From: Xylographa opegraphella
Taxonomy: Eukaryota
Assembly (NCBI GenBank): GCA_022813865.1
Contig: JALDZX010000037.1
Span: 124,001 to 188,000, forward strand
Length of the DNA stretch: 64,000 bases
Direction of reading: 5' to 3'
The position numbers were made by a program, and so were the translations under genes. The notes beneath the pieces were generated by a model. That model searched no databases. It had not been told where the DNA came from and saw only the letters and a program-made list of their open reading frames with translations. How positions within the stretch are numbered: the first letter of the stretch is position 1; each line of letters begins with the position of its first letter. Below are positions 10,671 through 24,061 of this stretch, piece after piece.

Positions 10671-13600
10671 TCTTAAGAGTACGAACCAGATAGCCTCGAT
10701 TCAGGCTTTCCTAGATGGTGGTCTATGGCAATATAGGTGGATGCAGAAAGTCCATGGTGTCTTGGTAAGCCACCACCCACGACGTGAAACAGTGGATCGC
10801 AGACATGGATTTCAATACCATCCTGCTTGCATATTGTTGTCAAGAACAACACAGGTTCCTATCCTCTCTTTTGGTAAGGTCGAATGATTTATCTGCAATG
10901 TGTCGTTCTTCTTCCTCTCCGGCACATGAGGAGCTGGTGAATGAGTTAGGTCCTAAACGCCAGACCAATAGATACAAGCTGCGCAAGCCTCGGCGGGTTC
11001 AGCTAAAACCTCTAGCGCGCGAGGGAGACACATGGTGTGGGTGGCTCGGCGTCGAGAGCGTTGATCCGCGGGTCGCGATGGGCTCTTCCGAATACAAACT
11101 GGGCAGCCTGGGGAACCGATTTAGAGAGCTGATCAACGCCGTACAGGGTTGCAAGCCATGCCTTTGAAATCCACCACAGCAACGGTGTAAAGAAAGCGAT
11201 TGGCAGGCCTGCTCCGACCAGCGGTTGAGCAACAGCCAACCCAGGAAACATACCCTTCGCGGGTGTCGTGGGAGTTGTGCCTGAACACAAAAATGTACTT
11301 TTTGCCTGGCTTGTAGATGGGTAGAACCAAGTGACACTCGTGCTCTACGTACCCTACTAGTGCATAAGCATTTCACACACAGAGGCACCGTATACCATCA
11401 GAAGATGGAACCTCATGGGTAAGGAAGAAGAACAGGCAACAGGCATCGTGTACGGGGATCTGCATTCAAGAAGTGCAGGGTGGTACGTTGTGCCGCGCTC
11501 GAAAGATTGATTCCGAGGACTTTTCCCCGGTCGTCAGGCCGTGCCGCTCGCTCGGCTTTGAGGCTCTTGTCAACGGAGCGAACCGTGCTTCGGCTTGCCT
11601 CGTTCTGCCATCTCCTTCATTAGAGCAATTTAATGTCCCATCCCTGTAGAAATTCATTTCCCGGACCAGGCGCAAGCTTGAGGAGTTTGTGTGTTCGACG
11701 CTGTCTCCAGACAGGCACGAGAGAATGGTCGGTTGTTGTGTACTTCGTTCACGGGCCATAGACGATAGGAGCTGATGGCAACAGCTGACCTCAATCACAA
11801 ATTATATGAAATGACTTCGGATAGAAAATGCAGACGGACCTACTTAGTCCTGTGCTAATCACGATTAAGCGCGGTGAGCGACCTCGCTACACAAAACTTC
11901 GCAATGATCCCCAAAGATCCATGCCTTGTGACCCGCAGGCTTGTATTTTGCTTCTGGTGTTGTCGCTTGAAGTAGCCTAGAATCTCGATACCGACCCCAG
12001 TGACAGAGCTATGTCGGAAATCAGACCATATTTTCTGAGACTTGCATCTGCGAAGATGACGGATGAGACCGACCGTTACGGCTCGTCGCAGATCCATTCA
12101 ATAATGCTGAACGTCTCATCCACTCCCAGCGTCTTAGTAAAGATGTAGACCAATAGCAACTTGAGATCTCAATACCAAGCATGCTCTCTGTGTCAATTTA
12201 TTCGTGTCAGTCTCACAATCAGCACCGTTACATTTCATACTGTACCCAAGGCCAACGTAGGACTGGCAAAATTACATCCGACCAACTGCTCCGGATATTT
12301 GAAGCATGCATTTCAAAAGCTCAACAGCCATCGACCTGCTGTACCGGTTCCATGCCGGGAGCCGCAACTTCTCAATGTCTGTCACAATGATTCACATGTA
12401 GAACGCTGATTTGAATACAAAATACAGATGTCAACTCCATGAGGACTAGAATTATCATGCGTTGTGGATCCACGTTAATTCCAACAATGCCTCTGTGCAC
12501 GCACATCTTCACCAAATTCCTCAGCTTCTCGGGCAACAGCTGATATCCGACGTCGCTGCTACATTCAATTTCCACAGCTCTCAACCTATCGCCAGCGATG
12601 ATATCAAAGACCACAGGACGGATCCGGACGTTCGTGCTCAGCAGCGACCTTGGCGTAGACTTCGTCAAAGCTGCTGCCGTGTAGTTTCCTATATGGTCAT
12701 AGTACCGAAGCACCTGCTTTGTCCTTGATGTGCATCTCGATGTCGACTTTGACCTTGTCATGTATGGTGCCCTGAGGAGACGGCCTCTTTTTCTATCCTA
12801 GTCCCTGGCAATTCTCCACCACGCTTTTGATTTGATGGATAAGCTCGAAGATCATGCAATTCTCCGATGGTACAGCCCGCTTCTGTATCGCTTTCCCCAC
12901 TCGAGGGCCTTGATTCTAGGGTATACGATGCGTCTTTCCGCGAAAGTGACGTTGGCTTTCCGGGTAGAGACATGGAAACGACGACCATTCGCTGTGCGGT
13001 GATAGAGAGAGAAGCCTGCATGATAGAAGCGGTGGCTGGCGCCAAGGTAAGGTATGGAAGGCAACGGGATGTATGGTGCACAGTGTAAGACCACACCAAC
13101 CATACGACCCTGCACTGGGCACGCGGCCTTGGTGATATCAACACACTGTAAAGGGGGTGGAGCGATTGCATTCGCTTGATACTGCGACTTTCCCTCGCCT
13201 CTCTGGATACATACGGAGTCACAATCAAGCAGAGAAAGAAATAGAGGCCGGCATAACTGGTTCGTCGAGCAACTACTCCGAAAAATCTGCCCTTTTGGAT
13301 CGATATGCTGTGAGGCCTTGAAACGTATCAAACGTCTTGTGTCTGAGGGCAGACAACAGGCAACCGCATCCCGGCGAATGTCAGTAATCCTACCTTCGTG
13401 GCAAGGAATCGTGCGATATACCGTAGACGAGATATTGAAGATGCACAAGTAATACAATGAGACACCTGTCACTTTTGCAAGGAGGCCTAAACTGAGTAAT
13501 GACATACGCCTGAGGTGAAACTATACCCATCCGAAGACCTACCATACACGGACTCTTCAAGATCAAGTGGTAGGCTTTTGAATCCCTGTAGTGCCGCATC

Positions 13601-13767
13601 GATTTTCTAGATTAATTTAGCATACAAACGTGAAGACATATTTGAAAGTGTCAACAATGGAACTGCGTTGAGACCACGCTTTGGACTGGACTACTTACCA
13701 AAATACGTTTGTGCGACAGAAGTCATTCGAAGTCCAGACCGACATGCATGATTCCGCGCCGCATATA

Positions 13768-15379
13768 TCAGTCCCAGCCACCACCTCTGATGATAGGTCT
13801 TGCAGGATCCCACGGGCCTATCACAACGTTCTTGTACTTTTGCAGCCCTATCAACCACCAGCTGCACCCACCCATTGCAAGTACTGTTCCTATACCCCAG
13901 ATGCCGACTCCTAGTATAACATTCCGGATGCCCTGACCTATCAAGACTGCACCCAAGCCTGCACCCGCTCCGGCAATCAAAAGTATCGTGAGCGTGATGT
14001 GTAGACGCCAAGAGCGATGGCGTAGATGGCGTCGAAACACGGGAAACAGGCCGAAGACCTCAATCGAGAACAATGTGAGTGAGAAAACATGCGTTGTACT
14101 GGGAAGACGGGAAGCCAGCACCGTAGAGGCCATGAGAGCAGCATTCGTCGAAAGCGAGGCAGGAAACCTAGGTACGTTAGGTACACTTTACGTGTGACCG
14201 AAGCACTCGGGGAGGGGGTACCTACTTAACACCTACGCCGCCTCCATAATCGAAGAAAAACACGTTAATACTCATGAGCCAGCAACTCATTGCCCAGATA
14301 CTATCGCTGGTTGTACTTTTAGTTAGGCTCTTCAGGATCGGGCTGAGACCTAAAAGTGCACAGTAAATAAGAATCGCGGACTTTACAGTCGCAAGTCGCT
14401 GCTGATTGCGAGGCGAGAATTGAGAGGCTGCGGCAGTGTACGGTGTGTGGAAATTATAGTTGGCATTGTGAGGTACTCCAGAAGCGTTTGCTGTGGCGAT
14501 AGGAGAACCCGCAGAAGAGACTGTGTGAAGAGATGAGGCGCTCAGGTTTCGAGAATGGTTCCGAGAATGGTTTCTAGTCGAATTTCCATTCGTGCCCAAG
14601 CTGAGACCCAAGCCTTGTGGCTGACTGTGAGCTCCTGGGTTGGCAGTGCTGAGTGTTGAGCCGATACTGCTTCCGTCATCTCCAAGCCCAGCATCCCCGT
14701 TCTGACGCGTATATATGGTTTCATAGAGTGATCTCGCAGCTTCTTCCTGACCAACCCAGAAATCCCAGAACACCCAACCGAGCACGGTGCCTGCGCTGCC
14801 CCAACTGACCACCGACACAGGCGAGATCTCCTCTTGAATGATACCAGCGAAGCAGCAGACAAATATCGCAACCGAGCAGACGTGCTGGACAATAACGGTC
14901 GAGTCGGCGACCAATGGCCAGAAATCGTATGGAAGCAGTCGAGGATTACGCTGGAGATGCGAAAGGAAAGTTGGAGGATCCGTGTAGTTGTCTGGGTCTT
15001 TGGAACAATTAAAATCCACATGTCCGGAAACAGAGTGGATATTCTGGGAACGGCAACTCATACAGTTTTGTTTGACCCAAAGTAGCTTCTTCCAGGTGCC
15101 TTTCCTCCGACGACTTCCACTGCGCCCGCGCTCCTTTTCGCGTCGTCTCCTTGCACTAACACCTTCGCGAGAAGACCCCGAACGCTCCTTTAGCGCAGCT
15201 GTGTCGATTACACCATTGAGGCTGACATCGCGCTGTCGACGTGGTGGAGAATGGGCGAAGAAAGCATCTTCTGGAGCCAGGCGACTCGGGTCAGAGAATG
15301 GTCGATGGTCAAGTTGCGGTCGAATATTGGCGACATCATTGAGGCCGGCAGACATAACAGTCCTAGCAGAAGATGCCAT
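13768..15379 (-). CDS. GPI2: GPI-GlcNAc transferase subunit GPI2/PIG-C
   Basis: WKKLLWVKQNYPDNYTD (after splicing 14998-15063), LSPILKSLTKSTTSDSIWA, NAALMASTVLASRL, LQKYKNVVIGPWDPARP. Confidence 0.93.
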
Positions 15380-17017
15380 TAAGCTCCATCACGATATTGG
15401 ACGGCTCCCACATGACTGACCACGAGTTCAACCTCGATCAACGATCAAATGAAAGATACCTAACGGGGGTAAGTCATTGGAAACGGCCTTGGGCGTTCCA
15501 GTCCGACAGCGCTAGCTTCTAATGGTAAAGCGTGTTGTCAGATATTTTGTACATACCCTAACCTCATAATGACCTTAGGTACCTACGAGGTACTTCCAGC
15601 CTCCTAGCATCGCCTAGAGGAGATCGTGTCGTGACTGGGAGGAACAGTAAAGAGTCTCGATTACTATATTCATGTCACCGTGGCTATACAGTGGATCTCT
15701 TCGAGTTCGGAGACAGTTATGGGTGGTGCCGATGGGGTAGAGTAGTCGAGTTTTTATATGCCGCTGGAAACAACGCGATCAGCGAGCGCATCAACGGAAT
15801 TCACGGTGTCCTGAGCGGTTTCAAGGATACCGTCGTTACCAGCCGAGGGCGATCCTCCGTTCATTGTGCCGAGCTTTATCTTGGATAGTATCAAGTATAG
15901 GACTTTGATGTACGTTCGCTCTCTGACGACGAAATGATTAACCACAAGATCTTCAACATTTCTACACGATGCCCTAGGTACTGTGATAGTTTCACCCTTT
16001 CTACGGCCGATCAGCTACTTGCTGGAAGATGACGGATCATGATCATCCCAGCACGATCCACCTTGAGCAGTATTCTTTTCACTGACCTTTCAGGCGGTGG
16101 CAAGCAAATCGCCGGACGTCGAACGGGGCGAAGAAAGCGAGGTTTTCCCTATACTTGTTGAAAGTGTCATGTCATACTCTCTACCGCTAGGACGTTCCTC
16201 GGAATATCAGGATGGTTGTAACATCTGCGCAGTCTCTCTCTCATAGCGTTTGCTGTTGCACTAGACCACGCTCTTCGCATACTCCAATATCCATAGCTGT
16301 TGATCCCGCTGCCGTGTCGTACCACAAGCTATTCTGGTAGGACTCTTGACGTTCCTTTGCCACGGCTGGGGTTACGTTTGTGCGCGCAACTGAGAATCAT
16401 CATTCGGTCATGGCTGGGCCCTTTTCGGACTCCTTTTGGAGTCGTTCCAGTACAAGAGTGATGTCTGTGAACGGTAGGTATGTATACAGCATTTCGCAGT
16501 TCACGTGCCAGAGAAGGGCTGCAAATGTTGCCATACCAATAATAGAATCTTTGCAGTCGCCACTATCGGGTCAAGCTTGGTTGCTCAGTCTCTCTGGCGC
16601 CTCTTCGTTGGAGGTACTGGACTGACACCCCTCTTGGTGCATCTGCATTTCTATAATCAAATGCAAGTAATCCGGGTGGATCAGGTAGACGAATCTTTCC
16701 TAGTGTTAGCTTTAATTTCCACTGTAGCTCTACATGAATCTCCTGGGCAAGAAATCCTCAACGAACCATAGCCGCTCGTTCCAGAGACTACTCTTGTCTA
16801 TACATAGACTTCTTGATGCTTATCATATACCCACTTTCATATCAATGCTCGAAACTGCTCATCACGTTTGTTCGGATGGATCGCAGTCCGATTGTAAACT
16901 CAAGGTATAGTGTTGGTTCAGAAGTAAGTGCTGATACTACCTACACAATATTTATGGATCCGTCCCGACTAATTATAGCCACTGTTTTGTCGCGGTTGTA
17001 GTGCTTCTTCAAGCAAT

Positions 17018-18454
17018 ATGACTAACTCCGACAACGATCTGCCAATTGACGGTATCGAAGAGGCGCGATTGAATTTCCCGGAGTGCTTGCCACCCTTCAT
17101 ACAGCACAACACAAAATGTCCGATCAATAGTCGGCAAGCTGTCATCATGCCTACAGCCAGTGGAAACCTTCCTCAACCAGCATACAGGAAGCAAGCCGAA
17201 ATTGTATGCCTTTCATGGAATCCGGTCAGCAAACACAGGTTCTGGACATACGACCATAATGGTACTCGCTACATCGTGAAAGGATTCCTATTCGGTAAAA
17301 TCAAAGGTGTACCGTGTCCACATTTGGTTTTCTATATCTGGTCAGGGAAAGAGGGAATGACGTTGGATCCAAAGAGAGAAGGATTTGGTATGCGGGTGAT
17401 TGCGCTCTGTCTTGTGGAGAATGCCAAAGCCAACTTTTCCTTCGATGTGAATGACGAGAGTCTTATGCAGCCGCACCGACGACCTTTTGGGAGGAAAACT
17501 AGGAATTCGCTGGTCACATCGGAGTATGCAGGTACAGATTTTGAAAGCCACGAAGGCAGGTCACCCAGCAGCATGTTTAGCCAAACATCAAAACGTGAAA
17601 GCTTGGTATTATCAGATACCTCACCGTATTCCTCAGATGATGAGCCTCTTATACATCGTGCTCGTCGCCTAAGTCGTCGGCCTGCACCGACAACTCAAAG
17701 TTCCTCTAACCCGACCGCTATCACACCGAACCCTCCGGCGAAACGAGGAATTGATATCACTATCAATGTACCACCAAATGATTCCACCGAGGTTGCGTTT
17801 CATTCTACCGGCATCAACCGTCTCATCTCATCTATCTATAATCTCCCAAAGGTACCGTCCACAACATCATCTTCGCAGCCTTTTTCACCACTCAGTTCGG
17901 GGCCGACGTCATCACTTCCTCGCCACATCCTCACTCAAACGGTTCTTCATATCTCTTCCTCAACAAGCAGTCGTGGCGCTGTGCCTGTGTATCTCTGCTC
18001 GTGCCCTACCATGGCGCTCTTCTATGCAAAAATTGCAGCTTCGTGGCGTATTGAAGAGCTCCAGATCGAAGATGTCATAGTCACATTTGATTGGCTTAAG
18101 GACAGTACGCCGATGCTGGTGCGGAAAGAGATTGACGATAGCTTTGAAATGTTGCTGGAGACAATACAAGATGCCCCTTGCTGGAATACTGAAGGCAATG
18201 GACGGAAGAGATGTGAGGTCAAGGTCATGGTCCACCTGAAAAGAGATTTAAAGGGATCTGGGACGCCAGTAAGCAAGGTTTTGGATGTATCTAATTCACC
18301 GATGGCTGAAGAGGGAGGTAGTAGAGCTGGATTGAGGTTGTCAGAGTTGGGTTACAGTTGCGGGCTTACATATGCGTGGTCATCATACCAGACAGATTCT
18401 AGTCTGGACAGTGATGCATCGAAACTGCCAATACAGCGGAGCCTATGCGAATAG
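17018..18454 (+). CDS. Hypothetical protein (478 aa), orphan family member B
   Basis: Long ATG-started ORF with globular N- and C-terminal segments flanking an S/P-rich linker. Internally homologous to the next gene. Confidence 0.75.
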   Translation: MTNSDNDLPIDGIEEARLNFPECLPPFIQHNTKCPINSRQAVIMPTASGNLPQPAYRKQAEIVCLSWNPVSKHRFWTYDHNGTRYIVKGFLFGKIKGVPCPHLVFYIWSGKEGMTLDPKREGFGMRVIALCLVENAKANFSFDVNDESLMQPHRRPFGRKTRNSLVTSEYAGTDFESHEGRSPSSMFSQTSKRESLVLSDTSPYSSDDEPLIHRARRLSRRPAPTTQSSSNPTAITPNPPAKRGIDITINVPPNDSTEVAFHSTGINRLISSIYNLPKVPSTTSSSQPFSPLSSGPTSSLPRHILTQTVLHISSSTSSRGAVPVYLCSCPTMALFYAKIAASWRIEELQIEDVIVTFDWLKDSTPMLVRKEIDDSFEMLLETIQDAPCWNTEGNGRKRCEVKVMVHLKRDLKGSGTPVSKVLDVSNSPMAEEGGSRAGLRLSELGYSCGLTYAWSSYQTDSSLDSDASKLPIQRSLCE

Positions 18455-19022
18455 ACCTACATAAACGAGGTAACAGGCTCTGAAAGGTGTGAAGCAATCG
18501 AGCTTAAAAAGGGGTCTCCACTCATGATTACCCCTGTCTTTCTCCTACTCCTATGTCATCGGCATTGACTTTGTGAATAGTGGTACTTAAAGGCACCTGC
18601 ATTCTTTTTCATCGTATTATTTTTACCAAGATCAAAGTTCCTTTCTCAGAGGAATATACTAGGTTGTGGCTGGCAAGCGTCCATCTCTCGAGCGTGAACA
18701 AAACGTGCAGAAAGTACTCAAGCATACCTTAATTCTGAGCTTTGATGAATTGGTGCTGCTGATATGATATTTGGTTGTGGTCGACAGATGAACACGACGC
18801 GCGCTCAATCGCCCCAAGTTTTAGGAGCGCAGATAGGTTTTGCTTTCGCGTTGTGAATGAGATATCGGACGGGAGATTGACTTCGTGGCACAATCTTAAA
18901 GTGATCCACACAGTACTCTGAACTACAGAACTCATACGTGCAAGCATTACTTACATGGGAGTGCTCTTAAGGATATGAACTTCGATCAAGCTTGTTTCCA
19001 CCATTCTACCCTGATCATTTCC

Positions 19023-21378
19023 ATGGATCCAGGACAAGAAGAATTGCAACGCAAGGTACGGAACAACCTTGACATTCACTGTCTCGATTCCAAGCCCCTT
19101 GTTAAATTTAACACACTTGACTTACTTGCGTTTTAGCTTTACTTAAAGCAAGGTCGCGTCTTGTTGGTCGACGCATCGTGCTCGAGGCAGGCTCAAGGGA
19201 AGGTACAACAGAGGGTATCGTTCAACATGCCTCCCTCAGAATCTTCACAGTCTACTGTTGCGGGCAATACACGCTCGAAAAACCCTCTAGCAGCAGGAAC
19301 ACTGCCGGCCACGTGGACGATCTACAAGTTCGCCGACGCTAAATCAGCTTATACTACTCGACGTCCTCCTTTTGTACAGCAGAAAGGCGAGCTAAATATT
19401 GAAAATGCTCGACGAATTGCTGCTTTGGCTGACAAACAAGGACTTCTGCCTTCAAACATACGCATTGCGGAGTTTAGAGCTCATGAATGGGATAAAAGCG
19501 ACTTTTTCTGGACGTTCGATCTTGAGGGGACTCGTTGGATTGTGAAAGCATATGGAGGAGGACCCCAAGGCGGCGTTACGTATCGAAAGTGGCTGGGTGT
19601 AGAAGAGGGATTTTCTATTAAGCCAGTGGCTTTTAGTATGAAACAAGCAGAGAGCGAGAGGAAAACTCTGCCACCACGGGGGATAGTTCCTGAGCCACAT
19701 AAAGAAGCGGTGTTCGATAAGATCAGAGTCGCGACATCTACGGATACACCTTCAGAAGACTACAACGACCTTAATGTGGACGAAGTTATGACAGCCATAT
19801 TGAGTGATGAGCCCGGGGAAATTGGATCAGCTGGAAAGAATGTCACCGAAGACGCTATGCCAGTGCAAGAGATTATTGACCTCACCGTAAAACCCACAAG
19901 CATACCGAAAAGGCAGTTGGGCTTCTCAAAGAAATCTGGTAGCGAATGTAGATTCGAACTGCAAAGATCCAAGAAGGGAAAGAAGAGACAAGCTGATGGA
20001 TCCGAATGCAACAATATTTCAGCTGAAAACTCTGGAAATGGTTCGAAGCGTCTTCGTGTCTCAGAAAAGCATAAAATACTGGAGCAAGCACAAGGTACGG
20101 ACGATGATACGGATATTTTATGTCTCGATCTGTCTCAGCCACGTCTGAACAGCAAAACTACCCAAGATGTGGTAGAATCGATGGAGCGAGTATCGCTTGG
20201 CCCAGAAGTTTTATACGGAGATACTGCAGGGGAGGACCATGATATTCTTGTCAAAATGCCGGTAAACAATTGTGTACAGCATACGAATGCCGCTCCAATA
20301 CCCGTCACCTGGTGGAACTACTCGCCATTGAAGAAAGAACGAGATGCAAGCCACCTGTATAGCGCTACACCTCCACCGCAGCACCCAGCGAACATGGGCG
20401 CTACTGTTGCTCCAGTTAGCCCAAGGCCGAAATGGCTATCTGGACGTCCCATGGGAAGATGCCGTATGGTAGCAGAACGTATCCTAGCGGACAGACATCG
20501 CATCGTCCGTGCTGTGGGCTCTGGTTGCAGACAGTGCACCAAAAATTCGTACGAATGCATAACGGCGCCTGGAAGGAAGCACTGTGCGTTCTGTACGTCG
20601 CGAGGCTCGGCACGTAATTATTTCTGCTGTCTGGCCACCAATAGACCCAAAACAAGCGCGGCCTTGGATGGCGTTGAGGTCTCGATAGTAGAGGACGAGG
20701 GTTCGCCTTCGAGTTTTGTGGATAACCAGTACTATGGTTCGCGTCACTTTGCGCCGCCAGCAACTGAAAACGAGTAAGTCCACGCTTCGTAGGCTGTTTG
20801 ACTGTATACTTATATACGTAAGTAGGAACTCGTACCATACCAGCTATCAATCCGTTGATAGCGCAGCTCTTCGTTCGTCCATATCTCAGGTTGCCAATGT
20901 GGCAGCCTCTGTTGAGCGTGGATTGAATAACATCGGCGATAATGCCGGAAGGCAGAAAGCAGAATCATCTGGCCAGCCGCAGCAAGATCTCAACACCCCT
21001 CAGCCAGCTGCATCTCACCAAGATGAATCCCCTAACCCCGTGACCGAGCATACCCTGTCCGCTTACAAGCAAGCAAACACGACGCTCCAAGTCTCCTTAG
21101 GCACAGACTCGCCATTCGTTCCGATCCGGTTCCGCTTCTGCATGACAATATCCAGCTTCTTCGACATGGTGCTTGCGGCTTGCGATCTCGAGGACCAAGA
21201 GCACACGATGACTGGAGTCGAGGTTCAATACGAATGGCTACCCAACATGCGCATGATGATCAAGCAGAAGATCCCCGACAGCTTCGCAGAGATGCTGGAG
21301 ATCGTGGACCACGCTCCTTGCTGGAAGCAGGCTGGTGGGGGCCGATGCTGGGTGGAAATGCGTGTGGTGCTACGTTGA
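19023..21378 (+). CDS. Hypothetical protein, orphan family member C, with a Zn2Cys6-like Cys cluster; introns 19056-19136 and 20774-20825
   Basis: ATG 19023 (MDPGQEELQRK) splices in frame into ORF 19161. Intron GTAAGT 20774...TAG 20825 joins in frame to ORF 20716-21378. Confidence 0.78.
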
Positions 21379-22162
21379 CATCGACGAGACTATATAAAGT
21401 ACCGAATCGGTGGTGATGTCTGTACGAAGCGTTGCCAAGCCTAGGCCTCACTATGTGAGCTATCTCCTTTCTTGGAGCGAGAATCCAAGGACGGCACAAG
21501 GCTAGGCAGACCGGCTGCTATGCCCAAGCGCGACTGTGAAGATATATGAAGTTTGTGCGTAACGCAATAGATACATTCGAGCGATCTCACAGTTGTGGGC
21601 GGTTACGGGCTGGAAGCAGATAGGAAATTAAATCAAGCGGGCTGCGTATTGGCGCCAAAGCCTGTCCGTTGAACGAATGTATTTATCCGTGGTCAAACGT
21701 TCGTGAAAGTCGCTGCTTACCCTTCTCCTCCCCTTCAAGCCTCTGTGACAGCACCGCGAAAGCTTGCACAGGCCCTAGGGTTCCTATAATATTTTCCTTT
21801 TCTGGCGTATAAACACCGCAGACCTAGTACGACACAACTATCAAAATCCTGCCTCCGTGTGGTGAACCGCCATGCACTTCTGGAATTTATCATTAAAACT
21901 GAACATCGATATACGTACAATGCCACTATATGCCTAAGCAGCCTGCCCTCATCGTACAAAGCAAAACTGTCGATCTGCCCGGTAGTTTGTTCAGCTTCGA
22001 ACAGCAGAAAGCAAATCTCATAAAGATCGCTCCAAAGAACAAAAGCAGAGGTATATCATAGTAACAAAGAAGGCCAGCTCGTCACGTAGCGTCAGACATT
22101 CCCAGGCGTGAAGCAAGGGATAAATGTCGAATTGTGTCCGGAGATCTACCCCCACGGTGTTG

Positions 22163-24061
22163 CTATCGAGCCATTCCCACTCCTACCGCGTCTGATCGTC
22201 CTGCCCCTCGACCGCTTCCATTCAAACGACTAGTTCTCCATCCCTCGTACCACAGCTCTCGGCTCGCCTCTCTCAGTTCCCCTCGCCACTCCTTGAATAC
22301 TGCTTCCCGAAGCCTGACAAAGTCGCAATGCTCGGGATTGTACGGATCAGCAAAGCCCCATGGGAACTTCCGTCCGATCAAACCCGGGTCGTACTCGTCG
22401 GGGGAGATAATGCTGAGGGGTAGGTAAGGAGTCCCGTTGGGGTCCTGATTGAATTCTGCGGAGGCGAGGGGAATGGGCGGGAAAGTTGAGGAGGAGGCAC
22501 GAGAATGTGCAGGGCGCGATTTACTGCGCGATGAGTCGTCAGACGAGGAAGATGGATCGTCAAGGTGCGAAGTAAGTCGGAATGGTTCTGGTCGGTTGCC
22601 ATTGGTTGAAGAGTGGCCATTGCGAGTGGTCATTGGAGGCATGAGATTGTCTTCGTCACGCTCATCAAGGCGCTTACTATCATGCTTACGATGCATACGT
22701 GCATAATGCACTTCTTCCTCGGAAGAATCGTCATATTCTTCGCCATCGTCAAGGCCAAGCGCTTCAAGAGGATCAAGGTTTGCCTTTCTCAATGAGTCCC
22801 ACACAGCGCGTTTGAGATGGTTCATATGTGCTGCTGTTATTGTGTCCGCTTTCGAAATGACTGGCACCACAGTCGTCTTCCCTTGCAAGGTTCGCAGAAC
22901 CTGCAGATCAAGATCCTCATCGAGGACGCTGGTCAAACTGGATCCTTGGTCACGAAGAACAGAGGTCCCATTTCCGAATGAAGTGCCCTTCATGGCATTT
23001 CTAGTTTTCTTGGTGGAGGAAAGGTTGGAGTCGAGACGGAGTGGATCGAGTACTAGAAAGACGCAATGAATGTGAGTATCTCGAATGCCGGGCGACCGCA
23101 CAACTTTCATCTCTTCGTTGAACGTATCCTCGAACTTGCTCTCTAAGAACGAGGACATCTCACGCAGCTGGAGATCAACCACATTCTTGTCGAGGCCTTC
23201 GGAGTCCCAAAGAGTGAGACCAATCCTCTCGCCATCATCAGTTTCGGTTTCAAGATAGTGAGAAACGTAGCTAGGGTTCATATGGAAATGAGTGGGACCA
23301 TTCAAAGAGTCTGACCGTACTGGATATCGTTGCTTGCGAGCCGGAAGCGCAAGAGATGCGCGGAGCAAATCAATAAAGCATGTTTTCCCCGAATTGCGAG
23401 CACCAACTACGAGGACACTATGAGATGGTCAGAGTTTCTTTGCGTAAGGTCAGATTCCGAGCGCTTACTTGAACGGCGTAGGATCCTTCCTTCTCCTTAC
23501 TCTTCGTGGACTGTTGATGGTACTAACTGCACTGCTTGCATAACTGTATCGTCCTCGATTTGTCATACTCTCCGTTCGCGCATATGGATCGACGTAACCC
23601 CCGTTCTTATCTCCCGGAATTGGAGGTATAGGCGGGATATTTGCTCTTGTCATGTCCACAGACCCGCTTGGAATTGTTTGCCCCCCCGAATGTGCCGTCA
23701 TCTGCTCGGCGATCGTTGCATATCTTCCAGGTTTTGCATTCTCCCCACCGAAAGTCTGCAAACATGCGGGACGAGGTAAGTCAGGAATTTTAGGTGGCTG
23801 CTGTGATGAGGAGGCTACTTCGCGCTCTCTGCGGGTTTCTGCCTCTCTTGCCTGCTTCTTGGTGAGTTTGCCTCCCGATATACTCCTCATCGACATTGTA
23901 CGCTCCGAGGACTTTCCCCGGCGGAGAAAGCTGAATGAGGGGCGACGCTGTGCTGTTTCCCTACCTCGGGAATCCTCTGGTAACATCTGGGGTGAATCGG
24001 CATTCTCTGGGGCTGGAGTTCGTCCTGGAGTACGAGAACGAGACAGGGATGATGGGGCCAT
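22163..24061 (-). CDS. Septin, non-core AspE/group-5-like; intron 23418-23468
   Basis: P-loop FNVLVVGARNSGKT after splicing, G3 WDSEG, G4 ISKAD, septin unique element GRKFPWGFADPYNPEHCDFVRLR. Long N-terminal extension and no C-terminal coiled coil. Confidence 0.9.

Noticed and set aside
10700..13600. Scattered 60-217-aa ORFs in a 3-kb interval
   Set aside because: No recognisable motif, coherent splice chain or repeat/transposon signature; a cryptic gene or relic cannot be excluded.
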